Shown here one piece after another: positions 1-7,866 of a stretch of DNA of 33,806 nt (within the stretch, counting starts at the first letter, position 1; the number at the start of each line of letters is the position of its first letter). The notes beneath the pieces were generated by a model, which was given only the letters and a program-made list of their open reading frames with translations, did not search any database and was not told the DNA's origin. This DNA is from a candidate division WOR-3 bacterium (GTDB lineage: Bacteria > Hydrothermota > Tepidihabitantia > Tepidihabitantales > Tepidihabitantaceae), in contig CAIVTL010000278.1 of assembly GCA_903908785.1 (NCBI GenBank), positions 1 to 33,806 of the forward strand, read 5' to 3'. Both the position numbers and the translations under genes were made by a program.

Positions 1-1451
1 ATCTTGGACAGCCGGCAGAAATCCTGGAGAGCTTGCCGATTCCCGAGCGAGTCGTGATTCCCATGCTGCAGGGGTTTGGCGTCGTGTTCAAACCGCTGGT
101 TGAGCCGGGCGCGGTGGTTGCTGCCGGCCAGATTATCGGCCGCGACGACGACTCGCTGTCATCGCCGATTCACGCGACCGTGAACGGCAAGGTCGCGGCA
201 ATCGCGCCGATTGCGCATGCCGGCCGCAGCGTTCCCGCCGTCGTCATCGACGGCGACGGAACCGATTCCTGGGCACGGCTCGAAGGGCACTCGGCCCAGC
301 ACCAGAAACTGACAGCGGAACAGATCGAGGAACTGCTCTACCGGTCCGGTGTCTCCGGCCTGGGCAGCGAAGGGATTCCGACCCGGTTTCACACTTCGGT
401 CATCACCCCGGCCGACGTCCGCCACCTCATCGTACACCTGACCGGCTCGGACGTGTTCAACCCGTCGCCGGGCGCGCTGCTTTCCGGCTCGAATCCTGAC
501 CGTTTCATGGCCGGGATTGAGATTCTACAGCGGGTGATGCCCAAAGCCCTTGTCCACGTCGTGCTGAGCCGCCAAGAGTCGGCATTGCTTGCGACCATCG
601 GCAGGCTGGCGGCTGGAAAGCAGGCGGTGAAACTCTATGCGGTGGACGCGAAGTACCCGCAAGCCGCGCCCGAGATGCTGGTCACGACGATACTGGGCGA
701 GGAGTTTCCGTATGGTCTCGCTGCGGCGAACATCGGCGTGGTAATCATCGACGCCCAGGCGGTGCTGCATGCCTACGAGGCCGTGGTCGAGGGGAAGCCG
801 GTCATTGAACGTATGGTCGCGCTGTCCGGGCCGGGCTTCAAGCAGCCCGGGCACGTGCGGGTGCGGGTCGGCACGCCCATCGAGCGCATCGTGGCCGGAC
901 GATTGAAGGATTCGGGCGAAGTCCGGCAGCGGGTCGTGCTGGACAGCCCGCTTTCCGGTCTCCGGGTTGACGATCTCTCATTGCCCATCGACCGCACCGT
1001 GAGCCAGTTGGTCGCCATTCCCGACGACGACCGCCGGCTGCCGTTCGCGTTCGCGCGGCCGGGCCTGCACACCGATTCGTTCTCCCGCAGTTTTGTCCCG
1101 GCGTGGCTGCCGACCGGCAAGGTGGCCGGCACGAACCGTCACGGCGAGGAACGCCCCTGTATCCAGTGCGGCTGGTGTGCCCGGGTCTGCCCCGTGCGCA
1201 TCATCCCGCACCTCATCTACCGGCAGGCGCGGGTCGAAACAAGCGAATTGCTTGTCCGCTACGGCGTCTTCAACTGCATCGACTGCAACCTGTGCAGCTT
1301 CGTCTGCACGTCCAAGATACCCCTGGCCCGGCACATCCGGGAGGCGAAAGAGAAGCTGCTTGCGGTCGGCTGCGACAATTCCTCCTGTGTTGTGTCGAAG
1401 TTCAACCTGAAGGGGGTTGAGGAGTACAGGGGAGTTAAGAGCGTCAGATGA
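1..1451 (+). CDS. RnfC/NqrA-like subunit of an Nqr/Rnf-type oxidoreductase (5'-partial; codon phase begins at nt 3)
   Basis: No in-frame stop lies between nt 3 and TTG-33, so the ORF runs off the window. VVIPMLQGFG...GQIIG...PIHATVNGKV matches the RnfC/NqrA N-terminal barrel-sandwich. GLGSEGIPT looks like a degenerate RnfC GLGGAGFPT loop. Two ferredoxin-type motifs are present: CIQCGWCARVCP and CIDCNLCSFVCT. It is the first gene of an nqrABCDEF-ordered operon. Confidence 0.75.
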   Translation, partial: LGQPAEILESLPIPERVVIPMLQGFGVVFKPLVEPGAVVAAGQIIGRDDDSLSSPIHATVNGKVAAIAPIAHAGRSVPAVVIDGDGTDSWARLEGHSAQHQKLTAEQIEELLYRSGVSGLGSEGIPTRFHTSVITPADVRHLIVHLTGSDVFNPSPGALLSGSNPDRFMAGIEILQRVMPKALVHVVLSRQESALLATIGRLAAGKQAVKLYAVDAKYPQAAPEMLVTTILGEEFPYGLAAANIGVVIIDAQAVLHAYEAVVEGKPVIERMVALSGPGFKQPGHVRVRVGTPIERIVAGRLKDSGEVRQRVVLDSPLSGLRVDDLSLPIDRTVSQLVAIPDDDRRLPFAFARPGLHTDSFSRSFVPAWLPTGKVAGTNRHGEERPCIQCGWCARVCPVRIIPHLIYRQARVETSELLVRYGVFNCIDCNLCSFVCTSKIPLARHIREAKEKLLAVGCDNSSCVVSKFNLKGVEEYRGVKSVR

Positions 1452-1452
1452 G

Positions 1453-1494
1453 GACGAAGTCAGAAGGCAGAGGTCAGAAGCTAGAAGTCAGAAG
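1453..1494. repeat. STR block, 6 x 7 bp (GACGAAG TCAGAAG GCAGAGG TCAGAAG CTAGAAG TCAGAAG)
   Basis: Phase-perfect heptamers read directly. Intergenic, between the first nqr gene and nqrB. Confidence 0.9.
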
Positions 1495-1518
1495 TGTGGG
1501 AGCGGAGGCCGGAGCGGC

Positions 1519-2616
1519 ATGAGCAAACTGCTGCACGCGTTGGTCGCGCGGTTGAACGGGCTGACGGCGAAGGGGCCGCTGAAGCGGCTGCAACCGGTGA
1601 CCGAGGCGCTCGACGAAGCGCTGCTCGGCACGGACAAGACCGCGAAGGCCGCGCCCTTCCTCTCCGACGGCATGGACGTGAAGCGAATGATGTCGCTCGT
1701 CATCATCGGGCTTGTCCCGGCAACGCTTGCCGGCATCTACTTCTACGGCTGGCGCGTGGTCGCGATGATTGTTACTTCATACGCGGTCGGCGGCATGGTC
1801 GAAGTCGCCTTCGCGATGGCGCGCCGCAAGCCGATTCACGAGGGCTTCCTGGTGACCGGGCTGATTTTCCCGCTCATCCTGCCCCCTACGACCCCGCTCT
1901 GGATTGTCGCGGTAGGCGTGTTCTTCGGCGTGTTCTTCGGCAAGGAAGTCTTCGGCGGGACCGGCCGGAATATCTTCAACCCGGCGCTCGTGGGCCGGCT
2001 GTTCATCAGTCTCGCGTTCCCGAGCCACTTCGCGACGATGTGGGGCAAGATGCACTGGGGCGGGGCGGGCGGCTTCGTCCATTGGACCGTTGACGCCGTA
2101 ACCCAGGCCACGCCCTTGATTGACTTCAAGGGCGCGCACATGATATCAACCGACCCGCTGTCGCTGTTTATCGGCCACACGCCCGGCTGCGTCGGGGAGA
2201 CGTTCCGTATCGGTATCATCCTCGGAGGTCTGTTCATCATCGTGATGCGGGCCGGGGACTGGCGGGTGCCGGTCGCGTACCTGGGCAGCGTCGTGGTCAC
2301 GGCGCTCGCCCTGCACGGTATCGTGCCGGACCGGGTCGCGCCGGTCTGGTTTCAACTCCTGTCCGGCGGGCTCCTGTTCGGCGCTTTCTTCATGGCCAAC
2401 GACCCGGTTACATCGCCCTACACATTCACGGGCCGCTGGATTTACGGCATCGCGCTCGGGGTGCTGACCGTGCTGATACGGGCGATATCCGGCCTGCCTG
2501 AGGGCGTGATGTTTGCCATCCTGCTGATGAATGCCGTCGTGCCCCTCATCGACATGATGGTGGTGGGCGCGGCCTACAAGAAGGCGACGACCCGGGTTCG
2601 CCGCTGGGCGGCCTGA
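1519..2616 (+). CDS. nqrB: Nqr subunit B / RnfD-like polytopic membrane subunit
   Basis: Multi-TM protein with RnfD/NqrB-like conserved stretches (GKEVFGGTGRNIFNPALVGR, DAVTQATPL, FFMANDPVTSP). ATG-1519 is preceded by GGAGG at 1504-1508. The ORF-track start at 1417 overlaps the upstream gene and reads through a repeat block. Confidence 0.85.
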   Translation: MSKLLHALVARLNGLTAKGPLKRLQPVTEALDEALLGTDKTAKAAPFLSDGMDVKRMMSLVIIGLVPATLAGIYFYGWRVVAMIVTSYAVGGMVEVAFAMARRKPIHEGFLVTGLIFPLILPPTTPLWIVAVGVFFGVFFGKEVFGGTGRNIFNPALVGRLFISLAFPSHFATMWGKMHWGGAGGFVHWTVDAVTQATPLIDFKGAHMISTDPLSLFIGHTPGCVGETFRIGIILGGLFIIVMRAGDWRVPVAYLGSVVVTALALHGIVPDRVAPVWFQLLSGGLLFGAFFMANDPVTSPYTFTGRWIYGIALGVLTVLIRAISGLPEGVMFAILLMNAVVPLIDMMVVGAAYKKATTRVRRWAA

Positions 2617-3200
2617 TGGCGAAGATGAAACTTGGCCGCAAGCTGCTGGAAATGCTCTTCATCGTCGGGCTGGGACTGGTTTCGGTCGCCATGCTGCTGG
2701 CGGCACAGAGCTATGCCGCCCCGGCGGTCAGGCGCTTCCAAATGCTCCGCCTGCGGACCAGCATCCTTGGGGCCGCGGGTGTCGCGACGGCGCCGGCCGA
2801 GGTGAACGGCATCTTCGAGGCGCGCGTCACGGAGGCACGGGGCAACGGCGCGACCTATTACCGCGTTGACAGTCTCGTTGTGTACGAATTCAAGGGCCGG
2901 GGACTCTGGGGCCCGGTCGAGGGCGTCATCACGCTCGACTCGGGCCTGACCCGTATCAGGAGCGTGCGCGTCCTCGTGCAGGAGGAAACTCCTGGTCTCG
3001 GCGACCGCATCAAGGACCCCGCGTACCTCGTCACCTACCAGAACAAGACCGCGCTTGAACCGCTGGTGCTGGCAATGCGCCATCAAGCGGTCGAGGCCAA
3101 CGAGGTTGACGCCATTTCCGGCGCGACGCTCAGTTCCGAGGCCCTGCTCGTTATTGTCGGCGACGCGGTCGCACAGCTGCGGCAGGCGATGGGAAAGTGA
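2616..3200 (+). CDS. nqrC: Nqr subunit C / RnfG-like FMN-binding subunit
   Basis: N-terminal TM helix plus an FMN_bind domain. Flavinylation motif DAISGATLSS (SGAT codons at 3116-3127). The ATG overlaps the nqrB stop (TGATG). Confidence 0.8.
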   Translation: MAKMKLGRKLLEMLFIVGLGLVSVAMLLAAQSYAAPAVRRFQMLRLRTSILGAAGVATAPAEVNGIFEARVTEARGNGATYYRVDSLVVYEFKGRGLWGPVEGVITLDSGLTRIRSVRVLVQEETPGLGDRIKDPAYLVTYQNKTALEPLVLAMRHQAVEANEVDAISGATLSSEALLVIVGDAVAQLRQAMGK

Positions 3201-3207
3201 GCGGAAG

Positions 3208-3837
3208 GTGAACTTCCGGAAGCTAGCCTACACCCGGCCGTGGCGGGTTTTCATCACCGGCTTCTTCAAAGAGAACGCCGTCTGCTACCAGGTGCTCGGC
3301 CTCTGCTCGACGCTCGCGGTCTCCAACAAGATGGAGAACGCGGTGGCGATGGGCGCGAGTGTGGTATTCGTCATGCTGGTGTCGTCCGCCGTCATCTCCC
3401 TGCTGCGCCGGGTGATCCCGGTCCAGTACCGCATCATCACGTACATGATTGTTACTTCGACTTTCGTCATCATCATTGACCATTTCCTCAAGGCCAACTT
3501 CCCGACAATCAGCGGCCAACTCGGCCCATACGTCGGCCTGATTATCACCAACTGCATCGTTATGGGCCGGCAGGAGGCCTTCGCCATCAAGAACGGTGTC
3601 GGGCTTTCCATCCTCGACAGCCTGGGCGCGGCCCTGAGCTACAGTTACGTACTGGTCGGCATCGCCGCGGTGCGCGAGTTCCTCGGGTTCGGCAGTCTGC
3701 TCGGCGTCAAAGTCACGCCGCCGCACTTCGAGAACTGGGTGGTAATATCCATGGCGCAGGGCGCGTGGTTTGTGATGGCGATTTTCGTCTGGGGCTTCCG
3801 GCGCATAGCGAAGCTGAAGCCCCTGGAACAGGAGTAG
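3208..3837 (+). CDS. nqrD: Nqr subunit D / RnfE-like membrane subunit
   Basis: FKENAVCYQVLGLCSTLAVS...ITNCIVMGR is typical of NqrD/RnfE. GTG-3208 is the first in-frame start after the nqrC stop. The ORF-track start at 3055 would overlap nqrC by 146 nt. Confidence 0.8.
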   Translation: MNFRKLAYTRPWRVFITGFFKENAVCYQVLGLCSTLAVSNKMENAVAMGASVVFVMLVSSAVISLLRRVIPVQYRIITYMIVTSTFVIIIDHFLKANFPTISGQLGPYVGLIITNCIVMGRQEAFAIKNGVGLSILDSLGAALSYSYVLVGIAAVREFLGFGSLLGVKVTPPHFENWVVISMAQGAWFVMAIFVWGFRRIAKLKPLEQE

Positions 3838-3840
3838 AAC

Positions 3841-4431
3841 ATGCACCTGAACCCGCTGGTCCTCCTGGTCGCGGCGATATTCACCCACAACATCGCCCTG
3901 ACCTACCTGCTCGGCATGTGCCCGATGATGGCCATGTCGCGCCGCATCAACACCTCGGTCGGCATGGGCCTCGCCGTCATGTTCGTCACCGCGGTCACCG
4001 CGCCCATCGACTGGGTCATCTACAACAAAGTTCTTGTCCCGACGCACTCCGAAGTCATGATGCTCCTTGTCTTCATCATCGTCATCGCCGCCGTGGTCCA
4101 GTTGCTCGAACTCCTGATGCGCCGGTTCCTGCCCGCGCTGCACGCCGGGTTCGGGCCATTCCTGCCGCTGGTTACCGTCAACACCACCATTTTCGCGGTT
4201 TCGATATTCTCGGTCATGCGCAACTACAACCTCTGGCAGAGCACGGCATTTGCGGTTGGCTCGGGCGCGGGCTGGGCCCTGGCAATCATCCTCATCGCTG
4301 GAGTCAGAAACCGGGTTCAGCTCGTCAGCGACGTGCCGGCGGACCTGCGCGGGGCCGGCATCACGATGATAATCGCCGGCATTCTTGCGCTCAGCTTCAT
4401 CGGTTTCTCGGGTATGGTGGCAGTACAATAG
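3841..4431 (+). CDS. nqrE: Nqr subunit E / RnfA-like membrane subunit
   Basis: 6-TM protein. IFTHNIALTYLLGMCP and LPLVTVNTTIF are NqrE/RnfA-type motifs. It starts 4 nt after the nqrD stop. Confidence 0.85.
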   Translation: MHLNPLVLLVAAIFTHNIALTYLLGMCPMMAMSRRINTSVGMGLAVMFVTAVTAPIDWVIYNKVLVPTHSEVMMLLVFIIVIAAVVQLLELLMRRFLPALHAGFGPFLPLVTVNTTIFAVSIFSVMRNYNLWQSTAFAVGSGAGWALAIILIAGVRNRVQLVSDVPADLRGAGITMIIAGILALSFIGFSGMVAVQ

Positions 4432-4466
4432 GATGAAGGACAAAGGCGGAAGGACCAAGACGGAAG
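4432..4466. repeat. STR block, 5 x 7 bp (GATGAAG GACAAAG GCGGAAG GACCAAG ACGGAAG)
   Basis: Starts 1 nt after the nqrE stop. Intergenic. Confidence 0.85.
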
Positions 4467-4476
4467 GGGCACGGCC

Positions 4477-5580
4477 GTGATAACCATGCTGGTGATGGCC
4501 GGGCTGCTCATCACCGTGGCGGTCGTGCTGCTCGTGGCCGAGCGCATCCTCATCAGCTATGGCGAGTGCTCAGTTACCATCAACGACAAGCAGTGCATCC
4601 AGGTCGAAGGTGGCGAGACCCTGCTCTCCGTCCTCAACCGTCACAAACTCTTCGTTCCTTCAGCTTGCGGGGGCAAGGCGACCTGCGGGTTCTGCAAGGT
4701 CGTGGTAAGGGGCGGGGCCGGCACAATCCTGCCGACGGAAGAAATATTCATCAACAAGGCCGAGCGCGAACTGGGCATGCGCCTCGCCTGCCAGGTCAGG
4801 GTCGAGCGGCCGGTCAGGGTCCAGATGCCGGAGACCCTGCTGGGCGCACGCGAGTATACCTCCGAAGTGCTGGCGGTGGAGCAGCTCACTTATGATACGC
4901 GGCTCATCCGGTTCGGGCTCAAAGGCGGCGATGAAGTCCACTTCAAACCCGGCCAGTACGTCCAACTCCTCGTGCCCGGTACGGACCAATATCGCGCCTA
5001 TTCAGTCGCCAGTCCTCCAAGCCGCGCTCTCGCCTCTCGCCTCTCGTCTCTCGTCTCTCCCGAGTTTGAGCTCATCATCCGTCGCGTGCCGGGCGGCCTC
5101 TGCACCGGCTGGATTCACAGCGCGGTCGAGAAGGGCGACGAAGTGCGATTCACCGGGCCGTTCGGCGACTTCTATCTCCACGAAGACTCGAACCGGGAAA
5201 TCGTGGCCATCGGCGGTGGCTCGGGAATGGCCCCGATGCGGTCCATCATCCTGCACCTGGCCGAGCAGGGCATGCCGCGCAAGGTGACCCTCTTCTTCGG
5301 CGCGCGCCGCCGGCGCGACCTCTTCTACGTCGCGGAGTTTCAGGCGCTCGAACGACTGTATCCGAACTTCCGCTATCTCCCGGCGCTTTCCGAGCCCCGA
5401 CCGGAAGACCACTGGACCGGCGAAACCGGGTTCATTACGCAGACCGTGCAGAAGCACATCGTGCCGGGCAGGGAAAGGGAGGCCGTGCTCTGTGGCCCGC
5501 CGCCGATGATTGACGCGGCCATGCGCGTGCTGCCGCGCATCGGCGTGCAACCCGAGCATACCTACTTCGACAAGTTCTGA
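4477..5580 (+). CDS. nqrF: Nqr subunit F (TM anchor + 2Fe-2S ferredoxin + FAD/NAD(P) reductase)
   Basis: N-terminal TM helix. 2Fe-2S motif SACGGKATCGFCK...ACQ. FAD motif YRAYSVAS. NAD motif GGGSGMAPMRS. GGAAGGGG lies 7 nt upstream of GTG-4477. A heptamer repeat (5028-5062) is inserted in frame just after the RxYS motif. Confidence 0.88.
   Translation: MITMLVMAGLLITVAVVLLVAERILISYGECSVTINDKQCIQVEGGETLLSVLNRHKLFVPSACGGKATCGFCKVVVRGGAGTILPTEEIFINKAERELGMRLACQVRVERPVRVQMPETLLGAREYTSEVLAVEQLTYDTRLIRFGLKGGDEVHFKPGQYVQLLVPGTDQYRAYSVASPPSRALASRLSSLVSPEFELIIRRVPGGLCTGWIHSAVEKGDEVRFTGPFGDFYLHEDSNREIVAIGGGSGMAPMRSIILHLAEQGMPRKVTLFFGARRRRDLFYVAEFQALERLYPNFRYLPALSEPRPEDHWTGETGFITQTVQKHIVPGREREAVLCGPPPMIDAAMRVLPRIGVQPEHTYFDKF
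5028..5062. repeat. STR block, 5 x 7 bp (CTCTCGC x2, CTCTCGT x2, CTCTCCC), inside nqrF
   Basis: Encodes roughly the LASRLSSLVS part of ...SRALASRLSSLVSPE..., between the RxYS motif and the next beta-strand. Confidence 0.9.
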
Positions 5581-5583
5581 GGC

Positions 5584-5617
5584 GGGAAATGGGACAAAAG
5601 GGACCAAAGAGACACAA
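5584..5617. repeat. STR block, 7-9 bp units (GGGAAAT GGGACAAAA GGGACCAAA GAGACACAA)
   Basis: Covers the start codon and the first 10 codons of menA. Confidence 0.75.
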
Positions 5618-6512
5618 GGCAGGCATCTGGCTGCGCGAGTTGCGCGCGCCGTTCTTCGTCGGCACGGTGATGCCCGCGGTCTTCGGCGCGGCCTACGCCC
5701 ACTACGCCGGCGCCGCGTTCAACTGGCCGCTGTTCGGCCTGACGATACTCGGCACCGTTCTCACCAACGCCGGCCTGAACATGACCAATGACTACTTCGA
5801 CCACAAGAGCGGCGATGACGACCTGACCCCGGCCACGCCGGTGTCCGGCGGGAGTAAGGTTATCCAGGAGGGGCTACTGAAGCCGCGGCAGGTACTGGCC
5901 GCCGGTATTGCCTGTCTCGCACTTGCCGCAGTAGTCGGCCTGTATCTCAATGCCGTGACCGGCGGGCGCGTGCTGCTGATTGTTGGCATCGTCGGGATGG
6001 TAATAGCGTGGTTCTATACCGCGCCGCCGCTGAAGTTCGGGCACCGCAGCGGGGTGGGCGAGGTGGTCTGCGTGCTCGGGTGCGGGCCGGTAATTGCGTT
6101 CGGGGCGTTCTTTGTGCAGGCGCGGGTATTTTCGTGGGCGGCGGTGTTTGCCAGTCTTCCCATCGGACTGTTGATGGGTCTGGTGCTCTTCATCAACGAG
6201 TTCCACGACGTACACGCGGACGGGGCCGTGGGCAAGCGGACTTTGGTGGTCGCGCTCGGCACCGGGGCCGCGTCTTTCGTGCTCGCTTTCACGCTGGCGG
6301 CCACCTATCTGCTGACAGTCGTGCTCGTGGTTCTGAATATCCTTGCGCCTGCGTCGTTGTTCGCACTGGTGACCCTGCCGCTGGCTGTATTCGCGGTAAT
6401 CCGGGCCCGGCGCTATCACGCCGAGTCGCCGAAACTGCTGCCGGCGAACTTCGCGGTCATCGGCACGCACCTGCTCTTCGGCGCGATTCTCACCCTGGTG
6501 GCGGCATTATGA
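5589..6512 (+). CDS. menA: UbiA-family prenyltransferase, MenA-like (1,4-dihydroxy-2-naphthoate polyprenyltransferase)
   Basis: 8-9 TM helices. NDYFDHKSGDD and NEFHDVHADGAVGKRTL are Asp-rich UbiA/MenA motifs. The first 10 codons (MGQKGPKRHK) lie inside a repeat block. Confidence 0.75.
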   Translation: MGQKGPKRHKAGIWLRELRAPFFVGTVMPAVFGAAYAHYAGAAFNWPLFGLTILGTVLTNAGLNMTNDYFDHKSGDDDLTPATPVSGGSKVIQEGLLKPRQVLAAGIACLALAAVVGLYLNAVTGGRVLLIVGIVGMVIAWFYTAPPLKFGHRSGVGEVVCVLGCGPVIAFGAFFVQARVFSWAAVFASLPIGLLMGLVLFINEFHDVHADGAVGKRTLVVALGTGAASFVLAFTLAATYLLTVVLVVLNILAPASLFALVTLPLAVFAVIRARRYHAESPKLLPANFAVIGTHLLFGAILTLVAAL

Positions 6513-7387
6513 ACGGTGTGGGTCGGATACTTGCGCCCATCGAGGCCGCTCTGGCCGCGGTCGAAGAGACCATGGCCCGCCGCAATAATCCCGGCCTCGA
6601 AGTGCTTGCCGGGGGGAAGCGACTGCGCCCCGCGCTCCTCTTGTTCGCCGCCGGGGCGGCCGGGCACGGAGAACACGGACGGACACGGACGAACACAGAC
6701 GGACACGGGCAGGCAATGGCCGACGCGGTTTTGCTGGCGGCCGCGGTAGAGATGGTCCACACGGCATCGCTGATTCACGACGACGTGATTGACGAGTCGA
6801 GCGAGCGACGGAAAGGCGCGGCTCTCCACAAGGTCATCGGGACCCGGGCAGCCATCATCCTGGCCGACTATCTGTTCGTGCAGGGCCTGGCATTACTGGA
6901 ATCGGTCAAACGAACCAGCTTGGTTCCCGAGGTCGTCCGCGAGGTCTTGGTGATGTGTGAAGGGCAATGGCTAGAGATGAAAGTCGCGGCGGGCGCAACC
7001 TGTACCGAGCGACAGTACCATGAGGTAATCGAGAAGAAGACCGCGGCCCTGTTCGCGTTCTGCTGCCGGGCCGGCGGGCGGTTGCGGGGAGCCGATGCCG
7101 CGGAGTTGGCCGCGCTGGATGAGTTCGGCCGGAACTTCGGCTTCGTGTTCCAGTTGCTCGACGATGCGGAGGACATGGGGGAGGGAGAGAGGAAGAAAGG
7201 GAGTAAGAGAGTGAGGGCGGAACAGAACAGTATTGAGCGGGCGATTGCCCAATGCGGCGGACGGCGATACCTGCGCCGAAGCGCGCTGGAATTCGCCCGG
7301 CGGGCTCGGACCGCGGCGCGGAAGATCGCCAACCCGGTGGCCCGGCGAGGCATGATCCGGCTACTGGAATCTGTAGCGGAGGGGTAA
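6509..7387 (+). CDS. Polyprenyl diphosphate synthase (trans-IPPS family)
   Basis: KRLRPALLLF, LIHDDVIDES (first DDxxD) and FQLLDDAEDM (second DDxxD). ATG-6509 overlaps the menA stop (ATGA). The ORF-track N-terminus (6008-6508) is an out-of-frame read through menA. Two repeat blocks are inserted in frame. Confidence 0.75.
   Translation: MNGVGRILAPIEAALAAVEETMARRNNPGLEVLAGGKRLRPALLLFAAGAAGHGEHGRTRTNTDGHGQAMADAVLLAAAVEMVHTASLIHDDVIDESSERRKGAALHKVIGTRAAIILADYLFVQGLALLESVKRTSLVPEVVREVLVMCEGQWLEMKVAAGATCTERQYHEVIEKKTAALFAFCCRAGGRLRGADAAELAALDEFGRNFGFVFQLLDDAEDMGEGERKKGSKRVRAEQNSIERAIAQCGGRRYLRRSALEFARRARTAARKIANPVARRGMIRLLESVAEG
6662..6710. repeat. STR block, about 5 x 10 bp (GAACACGGAC GGACACGGAC GAACACAGAC GGACACGGGC), inside the polyprenyl synthase gene
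   Basis: Encodes GHGEHGRTRTNTDGHG, just upstream of the first DDxxD helix. Confidence 0.85.
7177..7230. repeat. Purine-rich degenerate repeat (GGGAGAG/GGAAGAA/AAGAGAG...), inside the polyprenyl synthase gene
   Basis: Encodes GEGERKKGSKRVRAEQN, directly after the second DDxxD motif. The periodicity is weaker than in the other blocks. Confidence 0.5.
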
Positions 7388-7442
7388 GTGAGCGTTGCGA
7401 ACACCGAGGGCGTGCGCCGCGACGCTGTCTTCTCGTTGCCGG

Positions 7443-7471
7443 TTGCCACCAAGTCCAAAGCCGTCTAGACT
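7443..7471 (+). promoter_or_regulatory. Sigma70-like promoter (TTGCCA-17-TAGACT), 11 nt upstream of TTG-7483
   Basis: Read directly from the sequence. It implies a 5'UTR of only about 4-5 nt. Confidence 0.35.
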
Positions 7472-7482
7472 GACAATCTGAA

Positions 7483-7866
7483 TTGAACCGAAACCTCTGC
7501 CGAGTCACGGTCCTTGACCTGCTGCTCATCGCGGGGCTGCTCGGCCTGCCCGGCTGGGCACTGATTGTATCCTGGCGCGCCGCCCGCGAGCAGCCCGTCG
7601 CCTACATCTACGAGAACAACCGGTTGCTCGGCGCCTATCAACTCGACCGCGACCAGCTTATCGCTATCGGGGACAAGGCCCGGCCGGACATGAAGATAGA
7701 AATCAAGGGCGGCGCAATCCGCGTTGCCGAATCGGACTGTCCCAAGGGCGTATGCAAGCAGGCCGGTTGGGTGCGCACGCCCGGACGGTCAATCGTCTGC
7801 GTGCCGAACAAGGTGCTGATTGAACTGCGGGGCGAGCGCAAGGGATATGATGCGGAAAGCTACTAG
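7483..7866 (+). CDS. NusG domain II-containing protein (DUF1312 family)
   Basis: N-terminal TM helix, then the family-typical ...IKGGAIRVAESDCPKGVCKQAGWV...GRSIVCVPNKVLIEL. TTG-7483 is the only in-frame start codon available. Confidence 0.65.
   Translation: MNRNLCRVTVLDLLLIAGLLGLPGWALIVSWRAAREQPVAYIYENNRLLGAYQLDRDQLIAIGDKARPDMKIEIKGGAIRVAESDCPKGVCKQAGWVRTPGRSIVCVPNKVLIELRGERKGYDAESY

Noticed and set aside
3223-4458. Long antisense or overlapping ORFs: 3223-4458(-), 10607-11866(-), 19480-21036(+), 27265-28344(-), 30057-30905(-), 31021-32334(-), and many shorter ones.
   Set aside because: Their Arg/Pro/Gly/Ala/His-rich, low-complexity translations are typical of stop-poor alternative frames in high-GC DNA. 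Each lies fully opposite or out of frame to a gene with clear family motifs.
1-5580. Calling the complex Rnf (rnfCDGEA) instead of Nqr.
   Set aside because: The sixth gene is a clear NqrF (TM + 2Fe-2S + FAD/NAD reductase), there is no RnfB-type polyferredoxin, and the order matches nqrABCDEF. The RnfC-like features of the first subunit are reported as a finding instead.
6008-6508. N-terminal 167-aa extension of the polyprenyl synthase ORF.
   Set aside because: It is an out-of-frame read through menA with an Arg/Gly-rich nonsense-like sequence. ATG-6509 overlaps the menA stop, and the conserved domain begins right after it.
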